Origin: an uncultured Verrucomicrobiae bacterium
GTDB taxonomy: Bacteria; Verrucomicrobiota; Verrucomicrobiia; Chthoniobacterales; Chthoniobacteraceae
Direction of reading: 5' to 3'
Assembly: GCA_963836755.1 (NCBI GenBank)
Contig: CAWIKF010000002.1
Location: 288,001-352,000 of the forward strand
DNA: 64,000 nt
A program made the translations under genes and the position numbers. Below, piece after piece: positions 50,744-60,388 of the stretch. Under the pieces are notes generated by a model. That model was not told the origin of the DNA and ran no database searches. It was given only the letters and a program-made list of their open reading frames with translations. Within the stretch, counting starts at the first letter, position 1; each line of letters opens with the position of its first letter.

Positions 50744-51259
50744 ATGGACGACGCACAAAAATGGTTCTTGATGAAACACGACGACGGTGCCGTTTTCGGC
50801 CCGATCGCCTTTGATGTGCTGCGGCAGTGGGCGCAGGAGGCGCAGATTTCCCCGCTCGACAAAATCTCTCCGGACGAAAAATCGTGGACGAAAGCGCCGA
50901 TGCTGCCCGAGCTGGAGATGGATTACATCGTGGAAGTGAGCCCGGACCAATTTTACGGGCCTACGACGATCGGAGCGGTGCTCGAGTTTTGGAAAGCGGG
51001 CGAAATCCGCGAAGAGACGGTGGTGACGAATTGCAAGGATGGCTCGGAGCTGCCGTTGCGCGAGGTGACGGAACTGCGGAAGCCGGCGCAGGAAGATGCC
51101 GTTCCGCCGGTGCGCACGAGCATTCGCGTGAGCTTGCAGGAACGGATTCGCGAGCTCGAAAAACATTTGCTCGATGAACGCCGCGCGCGCGACGCCGCGG
51201 AGCTGCGCTGCGAAAAACTGGAAGCAAAGTTGGCGGAGCTTTCCGCCAAGACTTACTAG
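50744..51259 (+). CDS. Hypothetical protein with two GYF-like motifs and a coiled coil
   Basis: W....DG.VFGP and FYGP repeats; C-terminal heptads. Confidence 0.65.
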   Translation: MDDAQKWFLMKHDDGAVFGPIAFDVLRQWAQEAQISPLDKISPDEKSWTKAPMLPELEMDYIVEVSPDQFYGPTTIGAVLEFWKAGEIREETVVTNCKDGSELPLREVTELRKPAQEDAVPPVRTSIRVSLQERIRELEKHLLDERRARDAAELRCEKLEAKLAELSAKTY

Positions 51260-51591
51260 TAGCGCGGGACGGCAGGATCAATCTGCTCGGACCAGCCGTC
51301 GATGCCGCCGCGAAGGCTGCGGACGTTGCTGTAGCCGGAACTTGCGAGAAATTCTGCGGCGCGCAATGAGCGCATTCCGTGGTGGCAGTAGATCACGATC
51401 GGCTGCGCGAGATCGGAAAGTTTTTCGCGAAAAGTTTCCGCAAAAGTCGAGAGCGGGATGAGCTCGGCGCCGTCAATTTTGCAGATCGCAAATTCATCGG
51501 GCTCGCGGCAATCGATCAAGCGCGGCGGCGCGTCGGCACCGAGCAGAGTCTGCGCGGCGTGCGCATCAATTTCCAAGGACTGCACGATCAA
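51256..51591 (-). CDS. Rhodanese-like sulfurtransferase
   Basis: DCREPDE, YCHHGMRS, LRGGIDGW. Confidence 0.9.
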   Translation of the reverse strand: MIVQSLEIDAHAAQTLLGADAPPRLIDCREPDEFAICKIDGAELIPLSTFAETFREKLSDLAQPIVIYCHHGMRSLRAAEFLASSGYSNVRSLRGGIDGWSEQIDPAVPRY

Positions 51592-52175
51592 GGTTTGATG
51601 GTGACCGGCGTGCCGATGGAGACATTCCGGAAAAACGCCTGCGCCATGAAGCCGGGCATGCGGATGCAGCCGTGCGATGCGGGATAGCCGGGCAAAAATC
51701 CTTCATGCATGCCGGTGCCGCCGACGATGCGCATGAAATACGGCATCTTCGCGCCATCGTAGCGCGCGCCCGGCGGCTTCGGATCTTTCTCGGTGTCGAT
51801 TTCTTTTTGGATGATGTTGCCGTTCGCGTCGATGTAATCGCCGAAGCGTGAGGAGACGTGGTCTTTGTCTTTTTGGATGATATGAAAATTCCCCGTGGTC
51901 GTGTTCAAACCTTCGCGGCCGCTCGAGATGGTCGAGACGCCGACGAGCGTGCCGCCTTTGTAAAAATAGGCGCGTTGCTCGTTGAGGCTGATGATGATTC
52001 TCGGTTTACCGGGCACGCCGTCGCCGTCCCAGTAGGAGACGTCGTCGTAGGTCGTGGGCTGCTGCGAGAAAGCGCCGCCGAGGTATTGCGTCATGCGATC
52101 AAAACGCGGGTCGGAGGCGCAGCCGGCGAGCATGGCGGCGATGAAGAGGATTCCGAGCAGCGGGGCGTGTCGCAT
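51588..52175 (-). CDS. L,D-transpeptidase family lipoprotein
   Basis: Lipobox LAGC; GMHEG..PGYPASHGCIRM. Confidence 0.92.
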   Translation of the reverse strand: MRHAPLLGILFIAAMLAGCASDPRFDRMTQYLGGAFSQQPTTYDDVSYWDGDGVPGKPRIIISLNEQRAYFYKGGTLVGVSTISSGREGLNTTTGNFHIIQKDKDHVSSRFGDYIDANGNIIQKEIDTEKDPKPPGARYDGAKMPYFMRIVGGTGMHEGFLPGYPASHGCIRMPGFMAQAFFRNVSIGTPVTIKP

Positions 52176-52283
52176 AAAAAGTTGCGCAATTAAGCTGCTG
52201 AGCCCGTTGGCGTCAAGGCGCTGGTCAAACAAGCCGTTGCGGTCGCCGGATGCCTCTGCTATAGAAGCGACCTCTTTTTCCCG

Positions 52284-52613
52284 ATGCCGACCTACGAATA
52301 CCATTGCGAGAAATGCAAAAAGAACTTCGAGCTTTTCCAGTCAATGAAAGACGAGGCGCTGAAAACCTGCCCGAAGGAGCGTTGCCGCCAAAAGAGCTGG
52401 GGCAAAGGCGCGGTCAAGCGATTGCTCGGAACCGGCGCGGGCCTTATTTTTAAAGGCTCCGGCTTTTACATTACCGATTACCGGAGCGAAGGCTACAAAC
52501 AGGCCGCGAAAAACGAGAGCCCCACCGCGAGCGAAAGCAAACCGGAGGCGAAGCCCGCGGCCGCGCCGGAAAAAACCAAGCCTGCTCCGCCCGCAAAGAA
52601 AACGAAGGAATGA
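52284..52613 (+). CDS. FmdB family zinc ribbon protein
   Basis: MPTYEYHCEKC..FE..Q, FKGSGFYITDY. Confidence 0.92.
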   Translation: MPTYEYHCEKCKKNFELFQSMKDEALKTCPKERCRQKSWGKGAVKRLLGTGAGLIFKGSGFYITDYRSEGYKQAAKNESPTASESKPEAKPAAAPEKTKPAPPAKKTKE

Positions 52614-52615
52614 CC

Positions 52616-53383
52616 ATGGCAGTGAAGATCGTTTGCAAACAGTGCGGTCACGAAAACGAGGGCGAGAGAATTTACTGCCACCAGTGCGGCGCAAAGCTCG
52701 ACCGCACCGTCCTCGCTGCGGAAAAAAAACATGAGGAACCGCCCGAAAAAGCGCGCCGTCGCGTGCAGCGCCTGATCAATCCCGCGCGCGGATTTTTCCT
52801 AGGCTGGCAAAAGGCGTTGTTTAACAGTCTGCTGGCTGGCGCCATCGTCGCAGCTTGTGTGCTGGCGTCGCGGCCGCCGGATGGAATCCCGCCCGAGATC
52901 AAAAAAGAGGACCTCGGCGATGCGCCGCCCATTGCGCAGATGCTCGAGGATGCGACTTTGCAGTCCGCCCCGCAGACGGTGAAAATGTCCGAAAAAGTCA
53001 TCAACGATTATCTGCACAACGCCATCAAACCAGCGGCGGCGTCTACGTTCGGCGACTTCGTGAAGTTTGACCGCGCCTTTGTAAATCTGCGCGACGGAGC
53101 CTGCCGCATCACCTCTGAGCAATCCGTTTTCGGCTATCCGCTTTACGCTGGCACAGACGACAAATTGGCGATTCAAAACGGCAAAATCGTTGCCACCTCC
53201 GTCGGCGGAAACATCGGCCGCCTGCCGCTCCACCCGTTGCTCATGGAATACAGCGACCTGCTTTTCCAGAAACTTTGGGACTCGCTCACGCGCGAGCGAA
53301 AACTCCTCGACCAAATGGCCTCGATTTCAGTGCAAAAAGACAGCATCCAGGTCGTCACGAAAGGCGCAGCACCCGTGCGCTGA
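52616..53383 (+). CDS. Zinc-ribbon membrane protein
   Basis: CKQCGHEN..YCHQCG then one TM helix; start 52610 or 52616. Confidence 0.75.
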   Translation: MAVKIVCKQCGHENEGERIYCHQCGAKLDRTVLAAEKKHEEPPEKARRRVQRLINPARGFFLGWQKALFNSLLAGAIVAACVLASRPPDGIPPEIKKEDLGDAPPIAQMLEDATLQSAPQTVKMSEKVINDYLHNAIKPAAASTFGDFVKFDRAFVNLRDGACRITSEQSVFGYPLYAGTDDKLAIQNGKIVATSVGGNIGRLPLHPLLMEYSDLLFQKLWDSLTRERKLLDQMASISVQKDSIQVVTKGAAPVR

Positions 53384-53392
53384 CTTTTTCCC

Positions 53393-54691
53393 ATGCGCCG
53401 TTTCCCCCTCCTCATCGTCGCGCTGCTCGCGTGCGCGTCGCCAGTGTTCGCGCTCAATCTTTCCCACAAAAGCGTCAGCCTCTCGCGGCAGTTCATCGTC
53501 TATTGCGATGACATGGGTGCGGGCGAAAAAATCGCCAGCTTCGCCGACGACACGAAAAAGAATTTCTGCGCGCTGCTCGGCCAGCCCGACAAATGGAAGC
53601 GGCCGATTGTCATCCAAGTCGTGCCCGAGGATCCCGCGAATCCATCCGCCATTCCCGCGCGCACGCAACTTTGTGAAACGGAGGATGGCGGCAAAGTTGA
53701 GATCGATGTGACGCTCGGCTCCGATCCGCGCGAGGTCCATTTCGAGCAACAAATCGTGCGCGGCCTCTTGCTCGAATTTGCCTATCGCAATCAGCCGATT
53801 CAGTCGGGTGTCGCCTATGCGGAGCCGCCGCCGTGGCTGGTGGAGGGCGCAGTCGCCTATTTTCACAATCGCGACTCAAACTTTGATCCCGGGGTATTTA
53901 AGCGATTGATGACCAATGATCATCTGCCGCGGCTCGCTGATTTTCTTTCGCAAAGCAGCGCCAATCTTGACCGGGCATCGCGTCAATTTTACAGCGCATG
54001 CGCGATGAGCCTCGTGCAATTGCTCGTCGAGCTTCCCGGCGGCCGCGCATCGCTCACGGCCTTTGTGAAAAATTTTCCGCGCGATTCCAGCGACAACATT
54101 GGCGCGCTCATCAAAAATTTTCCGACGCTCGGCGCGACGACGGAGAGCATGGAAAAATGGTGGGCGCTGAGCATGGCGCGACTCGCGGCGTCGGATCGGT
54201 ATCAAGGTCTCTCGCTGCAAGATTCCGAGCAGCGGCTCGCGGCGATTTTGTCTTTTGAAATCCCGGTCGGCCGCGCCGGTGAGAAAAAAACTTTTACGCT
54301 GGATCAGTTTGAAGAATTTAAAAAATTGCCCGGCAGTCGCGCGGTGCTCACGCGGCTGACCGCCGATTTGCTCGCGCTGAGCACGCAGGTCAGCATGCTT
54401 TATCGGCCGGTGATTTCAGATTACCAGCAGGTCGCCGCGGAGCTGGCGCGCGGCAAAACGCGCGGTGCGAAAGATCATCTCGCCGCCGCCGCGAAATATC
54501 GCGAAGTGCTTTTGACGAGGATCGATCAGATCGAGGATTATTTGAATTGGTTCGAGGCGACGCAGATGAGCACGGAAAGTGATTCCTTTGACGATTACAT
54601 GAAGACGGCGAAAGCGCTCGCGCACGACGCGTCCAAACGCGACGACCCCATTTCGCGTTATCTCGACGTGGTGCAGCAGCAGACGCAGTAG
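53393..54691 (+). CDS. Secreted hypothetical protein
   Basis: Signal peptide; PPWLVEG resembles peptidase MA-like proteins but no HExxH. Confidence 0.7.
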   Translation: MRRFPLLIVALLACASPVFALNLSHKSVSLSRQFIVYCDDMGAGEKIASFADDTKKNFCALLGQPDKWKRPIVIQVVPEDPANPSAIPARTQLCETEDGGKVEIDVTLGSDPREVHFEQQIVRGLLLEFAYRNQPIQSGVAYAEPPPWLVEGAVAYFHNRDSNFDPGVFKRLMTNDHLPRLADFLSQSSANLDRASRQFYSACAMSLVQLLVELPGGRASLTAFVKNFPRDSSDNIGALIKNFPTLGATTESMEKWWALSMARLAASDRYQGLSLQDSEQRLAAILSFEIPVGRAGEKKTFTLDQFEEFKKLPGSRAVLTRLTADLLALSTQVSMLYRPVISDYQQVAAELARGKTRGAKDHLAAAAKYREVLLTRIDQIEDYLNWFEATQMSTESDSFDDYMKTAKALAHDASKRDDPISRYLDVVQQQTQ

Positions 54692-54700
54692 CGCGCGGTT

Positions 54701-55321
54701 TTAGACGCTGCCGATCGGCTCGCCGGCTTCGATTTTCGCCATGCAGTTCGGGCAGATGCCGTGCGAAAAATCGGTGCCGGTCTCGGAGTGAATGTAGGTC
54801 TCGATCTGGTGCCAGTAGTCCTTGTCGTCGCGGACACTTTTGCAATACATGCAAATCGGCAGCAAAGTTTGCAGCTTTTTCACGTCGGCCAACGCGGCTT
54901 CGAGATCATTTATTTTTTTCGCGAGCGTGCGCTCAAGCGCCACGACGCGCTGGCCCACGGTCAACCGCGCGCGCAATTCGTCGGGATCAAAAGGCTTGAT
55001 GACATAATCGTCAGCACCCGCTTCGAGCCCGGCGGCGATTTCTTCCTTCTGACTTTTTGCCGTGAGCAAAACCAAATAGACATACGGCTTGCCTACGCGC
55101 TGGCGGACGCGCGTGCAGACTTCCAGGCCGTCCATTTTCGGCATCATCCAATCGATGATTGCGAGCGGCGGCGCATCGTCGCCTTCCAAAATCGCGGCTG
55201 CTGCTGCGCCATCCTCCGCCGTCACCACGTGGAAGCCCCAGTTCATCAAATTCCGCTCGAGCAAGTGCCGCGAAACGTAATGGTCTTCGGCAATCAGAAC
55301 CCGATTCGCGTCAGCAGTCAT
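54701..55321 (-). CDS. Response regulator with C-terminal Cys motif
   Basis: VLIAED, DWMMPKMDG, LTAK, GADDYVIKP; tail LPICMYCK..FSHGICPNC. Confidence 0.9.
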   Translation of the reverse strand: MTADANRVLIAEDHYVSRHLLERNLMNWGFHVVTAEDGAAAAAILEGDDAPPLAIIDWMMPKMDGLEVCTRVRQRVGKPYVYLVLLTAKSQKEEIAAGLEAGADDYVIKPFDPDELRARLTVGQRVVALERTLAKKINDLEAALADVKKLQTLLPICMYCKSVRDDKDYWHQIETYIHSETGTDFSHGICPNCMAKIEAGEPIGSV

Positions 55322-55479
55322 TCGTGGCCAATTTTGCACCGTTTTGCATTGAATCGCAAGTGTGGACGCGTTCGCGGGTAAGCGGCTGGGCCAAACCGCT
55401 CGCGGCTCACAAAGCCAGCCGGGGAAAGCTTTTGCGCTTTGCTAATTGCAGCCGATTGGTTTTTGCTGCTCGCGTTGAA

Positions 55480-56814
55480 ATGAAAGTTTCTGACCTGCGC
55501 GGCATCCTGCAATACGTTCCGCGGTTCCGCGAAAAAATCTTCGTCGTCGCCGTGGATGGCGACATCGTCGCATCGGAAAATTTCGCGAACATTCTCCTCG
55601 ACCTCGCGGTGCTGCGTTCGCTCAGCATCAAGGTCATCCTCGTGCACGGCGCGAGTTTTCAAATCGAAACTCTCGCGCGCGCACGGAAGGTGAAAATCTC
55701 TAATTCCGACGGCACCGGCATCACCGATGAGGCGACCCTGCGCATCTCGATCGAAGCTGCGACGAACGTGATGAACGACATCATGCAAGGCCTCACGTCA
55801 GTCGACCTGCGCGCCGCTTACGCGAACTCGATCATCGCGCATCCGGCGGGCATTCTCGGCGGCGTCGATTATCTCGGGACGGGCCGCGTGGAAAAGGTCG
55901 ATACGAAATCGCTGCATCTTTTTTTAAATGAAGGAATTACGCCGCTGATCGCGCCGATCGGTTTTGACGGCGAGGGAAAAACGTTTCGCGTCAACTCCGA
56001 CAGCATCGCCGTCGAGGTCGCGGAAGCGATGCGCGCGATGAAGATCATTTTTCTTTCTTCGCAAAAAAATTTGCAGATTGGCGGCGAAATCGTTCGCCAG
56101 CTTTCGATCGCGGAAGCCGAGGAAATTTTAAAAAAACGGAAAACAAAATCCGCGAACGCGCACGATTCGATCGACCCGAAACTCGTCTCGAAACTCGAGC
56201 ACGCCGCGCGCGCGTGCCGGCAGGGCGTGCCGCGCGTGCACCTGCTCGATGGCAACGAAAACGAAGCGCTGCTGAGCGAAATTTTCAGCCACACCGGCAT
56301 CGGCACGATGGTTTACTCCAATGAATACCAGCAGGTGCGGCGAGTGTTTAAAAAAGATGTGCGCGCGGTGATGTCGCTCATTCGGCAGTCGGTTGAGGGC
56401 GAGGAATTGATTCGCCGCACGCGCGCGGAAATTTTGCAGCACATCGAGGATTACTGGGTGCTGGAGGTCGACCGCAACCTCGTCGGCTGCGTGGCGCTCC
56501 ACATTTATGACGAGCCTAAAAAAGCGGAGATCGCGTGCCTCTACGTCAGCAAAAGCCATAGCGGCCAAGGCTACGGGCGCAAGCTGATGAGCTTTGCCGA
56601 AACGCTCGCCGCGGAAAAAGGCGTCGAGGAAATTTTCGCGCTCTCGACGCAGGCGTTCGCGTATTTCCAGCAAAAAGGCGGCTATGCCGAGGCGACGCCG
56701 GAGACGCTGCCCGCGAGTCGGCGCGAAAAATATGAGGCGAGCGGCCGCAATTCGAAAATCCTCATCAAGCCCGTTGCGCAGATCGTCGCCACCGAGACTT
56801 TGCGCGCTGGCTGA
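55480..56814 (+). CDS. argA: Amino-acid N-acetyltransferase (N-acetylglutamate synthase)
   Basis: AAK domain (LVHGA, RVHLLDG, GIGTM) plus GNAT (EIACLYV, GQGYG, RNSK). Confidence 0.93.
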   Translation: MKVSDLRGILQYVPRFREKIFVVAVDGDIVASENFANILLDLAVLRSLSIKVILVHGASFQIETLARARKVKISNSDGTGITDEATLRISIEAATNVMNDIMQGLTSVDLRAAYANSIIAHPAGILGGVDYLGTGRVEKVDTKSLHLFLNEGITPLIAPIGFDGEGKTFRVNSDSIAVEVAEAMRAMKIIFLSSQKNLQIGGEIVRQLSIAEAEEILKKRKTKSANAHDSIDPKLVSKLEHAARACRQGVPRVHLLDGNENEALLSEIFSHTGIGTMVYSNEYQQVRRVFKKDVRAVMSLIRQSVEGEELIRRTRAEILQHIEDYWVLEVDRNLVGCVALHIYDEPKKAEIACLYVSKSHSGQGYGRKLMSFAETLAAEKGVEEIFALSTQAFAYFQQKGGYAEATPETLPASRREKYEASGRNSKILIKPVAQIVATETLRAG

Positions 56815-56828
56815 CATCGTTTAACACA

Positions 56829-58448
56829 ATGAATCCATGGTTCATCGACGGCGTCATCATCGTCGTTTACTTCGTCGTCGTGATCTGCATCGGCCTTTAC
56901 AAAGGCCGCGGCGACCGGACGATGGAGGGCTTCGCGATCGGCGACCGGAACATTCCGTGGTGGGCGGTGCTTGCGTCGCTGCTCGCTGCGGAGATCAGCG
57001 CGGGAACTTTTCTCGGCGCGCCTGGCGAGGGTTACGGGCTGCGCAATTTCACCTATGTGCAGCTCGCCATCGGCACGATCATCGGGCGCATCGTAGTCAG
57101 CTACGTGTTCATCAAACCGTATTACGATTATCGCGTCGTCTCGATTTACCAGTATCTGCTGCTCCGCTTCGGCGTCGGCACGCGCAACGCGGCCAGCGCG
57201 GTTTTTCTAATCACGCGCGCGCTCGCGAGCGGGACGCGTCTTTATGTCGCTGCGATCATTTTGCTGCTCGGTTTTGAAATGGCTTTCGGCGTGAAGCCGA
57301 CGCCGGTGCAGGAGCTGGAGATTTACGTCGGTTCCTTGACCGCCGTCACAGTGTTAACGGCGATTTACACCGCGCTCGGCGGGATCAAGGCCGTCGTCTG
57401 GACCGATTTGATCCAAGCCTCGATCATGTTTGGCGCGATGGGTTTTGCGATCTGGTTTTTACTCCACCAAATCGGCGGCTGGGCTCACGCGCAGGCGCTG
57501 CTGCACGCGCCGGGAGATTTGCAGATCTTCGACAGCGGCGAAAAACCGGGCGCCGGTTTTTTTCACAACGTTAAAAACGTGCTGGAGAGTGAATACACTT
57601 TGTGGGCGGCGTTCCTAGGATCAACTTTTACCACGATGGCCACGCACGGGACCGATCAGGACATGGCGCAGCGGATGTTGACGGCGAAGAATCATCATCG
57701 CAGCCGACTCGCGCTGATTTGCAGCGGCCTGATGGACATCCCGATCAACGTCGCATTTTTGCTGATCGGAATTTTGCTCTGGGTTTATTTTAAAACGCAT
57801 CCGGACCCAAATCTGCCGGCGAAAAATCCGCATATTTTTGCGTATTACATTTTGCATGAGCTGCCGGTCGGCGTCCGCGGGCTGCTGGTCGCGGGATTAT
57901 TTGCGACCGCCATGGGGTCGTTGAGCACGGCGCTCAACGCGCTGGCAACCAGTTTCACCGAGGACTGGTATCAGCCTTACATCCATCCGACGGCGACGCC
58001 GGCCGAGGTTTTAAAAGCCGCGCGCTGGAGCACCGTTTTTTTCGCGCTGCTCCTCATTTTGATCGGCTCCGGCACCGCATGGGTCGTCATCAGCAACCCG
58101 AAGGCGCGCATCATCCCGATCGTGCTCGGAGTTTTCGGTTACACCTACGGCTCGCTGCTCGGCGTTTTTCTCTGCGGCATGCTGACGAAAAAGCGCGGCA
58201 GCAACTTTGGCAACGTGCTCGCGATGATTCTGGGATTTCTCGTCGTCGCGATTTTGAGCGGCCTGCACAATGATTTGCTGGCGGTGATGGGTCTGCCGCC
58301 GGTGTTGAAATTGGACTGGCTGCCCGTGATCGAATTCCCGTGGCGGATCCTTTTTGGCACGGTGATAACGTTTGTTGTAGCTCTGTTTTTCCGAACTCCC
58401 GAGACGCAGATCGAAAAGGCGCTGGCGCACATTCGGGAATCGGCCTGA
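56829..58448 (+). CDS. Sodium:solute symporter family protein
   Basis: GGIKAVVWTDLIQ, DQDMAQR, MGSLSTALNALA; many TM helices. Confidence 0.92.
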   Translation: MNPWFIDGVIIVVYFVVVICIGLYKGRGDRTMEGFAIGDRNIPWWAVLASLLAAEISAGTFLGAPGEGYGLRNFTYVQLAIGTIIGRIVVSYVFIKPYYDYRVVSIYQYLLLRFGVGTRNAASAVFLITRALASGTRLYVAAIILLLGFEMAFGVKPTPVQELEIYVGSLTAVTVLTAIYTALGGIKAVVWTDLIQASIMFGAMGFAIWFLLHQIGGWAHAQALLHAPGDLQIFDSGEKPGAGFFHNVKNVLESEYTLWAAFLGSTFTTMATHGTDQDMAQRMLTAKNHHRSRLALICSGLMDIPINVAFLLIGILLWVYFKTHPDPNLPAKNPHIFAYYILHELPVGVRGLLVAGLFATAMGSLSTALNALATSFTEDWYQPYIHPTATPAEVLKAARWSTVFFALLLILIGSGTAWVVISNPKARIIPIVLGVFGYTYGSLLGVFLCGMLTKKRGSNFGNVLAMILGFLVVAILSGLHNDLLAVMGLPPVLKLDWLPVIEFPWRILFGTVITFVVALFFRTPETQIEKALAHIRESA

Positions 58449-58624
58449 TTGCTGACTTCGGAATCGATGCGGCGCGCGAACCAGCGCCATTCCTTGCGCT
58501 GCGAGCGTCAAGGATTTTTCGTCGCATGGATGAAATAAAGTTGTAACAGAAACGCCATTTTCGCTTGTCGGCAAAATGAGCCGGAAGTAGTCTGCGCCCG
58601 CTCCGGGCGAGAGCCCGCCAAGCA

Positions 58625-58912
58625 TGTGAATAACTTGTGAACAAACCCGCAAATCTCTCATTTCTCCGTAGAACAAGCCATTCATGCTGGTATTCAGATG
58701 CGGATCGCTCGCAAAGGCCGCAAATATCAATGTTCCACAGTGAGGGAAGTTCGATGGCGCTCGAAATCAGCAGCTTAAACGGATGCCAGAAAGGACGAGC
58801 TATCTTCGGACTGCTTAATTCGTCGATCAAAAATCTCCCGAAGAACTCGCTTTCTCGCCTCGGAAGACCCGTTTCAATCACGCGCAAAAACTCCCCACGG
58901 CTCAGTGGATAA
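58625..58912. promoter_or_regulatory. DnaA-box cluster upstream of dnaA (candidate oriC or autoregulatory region)
   Basis: TGTGAATAA 58625-58633 (perfect), TGTGAACAA 58636-58644, TGTTCCACA 58731-58739, AGTGGATAA 58904-58912 in a 470-bp gap. Confidence 0.7.
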
Positions 58913-58919
58913 GTGCTTC

Positions 58920-60305
58920 ATGAACAACAATCTTGACCTCATTTGGAAACCGATCGCGGAAGCGATTGCCGCGCAGGTTGGGAAGGATGCATATCAGCGA
59001 TGGTTTCAAGAAATCGAGCTCGCCCACGCCGACGAGGATGTTTTGGAGCTGCGGGTCCCAAACAACATTCATCAGCTCTGGATCGAATCGAATTATCTGT
59101 CCGTCGTGCAAAATTCGATCTCTTCCGTTCTCGGAGCTCCGCGTCACATCAAATTCATCATCGCGAAGGAACTGGACGTGGCGGCGGCGGAACAAACTCA
59201 GCCGGAGCCGAAAAACTCGCTCGAGCATTCCATTCGTCTCGCGCCGGCTTCGTGCACCCCGCATGCCGCAATGCCCGCGACCAGCAACGGGATGAACCCG
59301 CGCAACACGTTTGACTTTTTCGTCGTCGGCGCGAACAACCAATTTGCGCACGCAGCCGCCATGGCTGTGGCTCAGACGCCGGCGAAGACTTACAACCCGC
59401 TCTTTATGTATGGCGGCGTAGGCTTGGGCAAAACGCATCTCATGCAGGCCATCGGCCAGCAGGTGGCCGGGCGCGGGAAAAACCTGAAAATCATGTATCT
59501 CTCGAGCGAGAGATTTACGAACGAGTTCATTGACGCGCTGCAAAACAGCACGCTCGTGAAATTTCGCAAACGCTATCGCCAGGCCGATGTGCTTCTGATT
59601 GACGACATTCAATTCTTCGGCGGCAAAGAGCGGTCGCAGGAAGAGTTTTTTCACACGTTTAACACGTTGTTCGATGGGCATAAGCAAATTGTCCTCTCAA
59701 GCGACCGGCCTCCGACGGAGATCGCGAACCTCGAGCAACGGCTTGTTTCGCGCTTCGAATCTGGCCTGACGGCCGAGTTGCAGCCGCCCGACGTCGAAAC
59801 GCGCGTGGCGATTCTGCGGAAAAAAGCGGAGGGAATGCAGATCAAACTCGAGAATCGCATCTACGAATTTCTCGCGCTCCGCATCCGCACCAATGTCCGC
59901 CGGCTGGAAGGCGCGCTGATGCGCGTCGCCTCGTATACATCGCTCAGTGGCAAATCGCTCACCGATGAGGCTGTTGAACATTTACTAAAGGACATGTTAC
60001 AAGAGGAAGCGAAACGCGCGATCACGATCGACCAGATCCAAAAGCGCGTCGCCGAACATTTCGACGTGCGACTCGCGGACATGTCGAGCAAGCGCCGTCC
60101 TCGAAACATCGCGTTTCCGCGTCAGATCGCGATGTATCTCGCGCGCGAAAATACCAAGTCATCGCTCAACGAAATTGGCGAGGCATTCGGCGGGCGCGAT
60201 CACGGGACGGTGCTGCATGCGCACCGGCTCGTCGCCGAAAGAATCAAGTCCGACGAAAAAACGCGGCAGATTGTTTCCCTTCTCGAGAGCCATTTGCACC
60301 GTTGA
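58920..60305 (+). CDS. dnaA: Chromosomal replication initiator DnaA
   Basis: YNPLFMYGGVGLGKTHL, LLIDDIQF, RRLEGAL, GGRDHGTV; start may be GTG 58905. Confidence 0.98.
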   Translation: MNNNLDLIWKPIAEAIAAQVGKDAYQRWFQEIELAHADEDVLELRVPNNIHQLWIESNYLSVVQNSISSVLGAPRHIKFIIAKELDVAAAEQTQPEPKNSLEHSIRLAPASCTPHAAMPATSNGMNPRNTFDFFVVGANNQFAHAAAMAVAQTPAKTYNPLFMYGGVGLGKTHLMQAIGQQVAGRGKNLKIMYLSSERFTNEFIDALQNSTLVKFRKRYRQADVLLIDDIQFFGGKERSQEEFFHTFNTLFDGHKQIVLSSDRPPTEIANLEQRLVSRFESGLTAELQPPDVETRVAILRKKAEGMQIKLENRIYEFLALRIRTNVRRLEGALMRVASYTSLSGKSLTDEAVEHLLKDMLQEEAKRAITIDQIQKRVAEHFDVRLADMSSKRRPRNIAFPRQIAMYLARENTKSSLNEIGEAFGGRDHGTVLHAHRLVAERIKSDEKTRQIVSLLESHLHR

Positions 60306-60388
60306 GCGCGCCACGAAGAAACTTTGACATGCTGGATGGAATTTAGATCATCCATCGAACTTCCGCGTTCCCGCGCCATCCCGTTTTT

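Noticed and set aside
60324..60352. TTGACA promoter before dnaN
   Set aside because: No convincing -10 hexamer at 16-18 bp spacing
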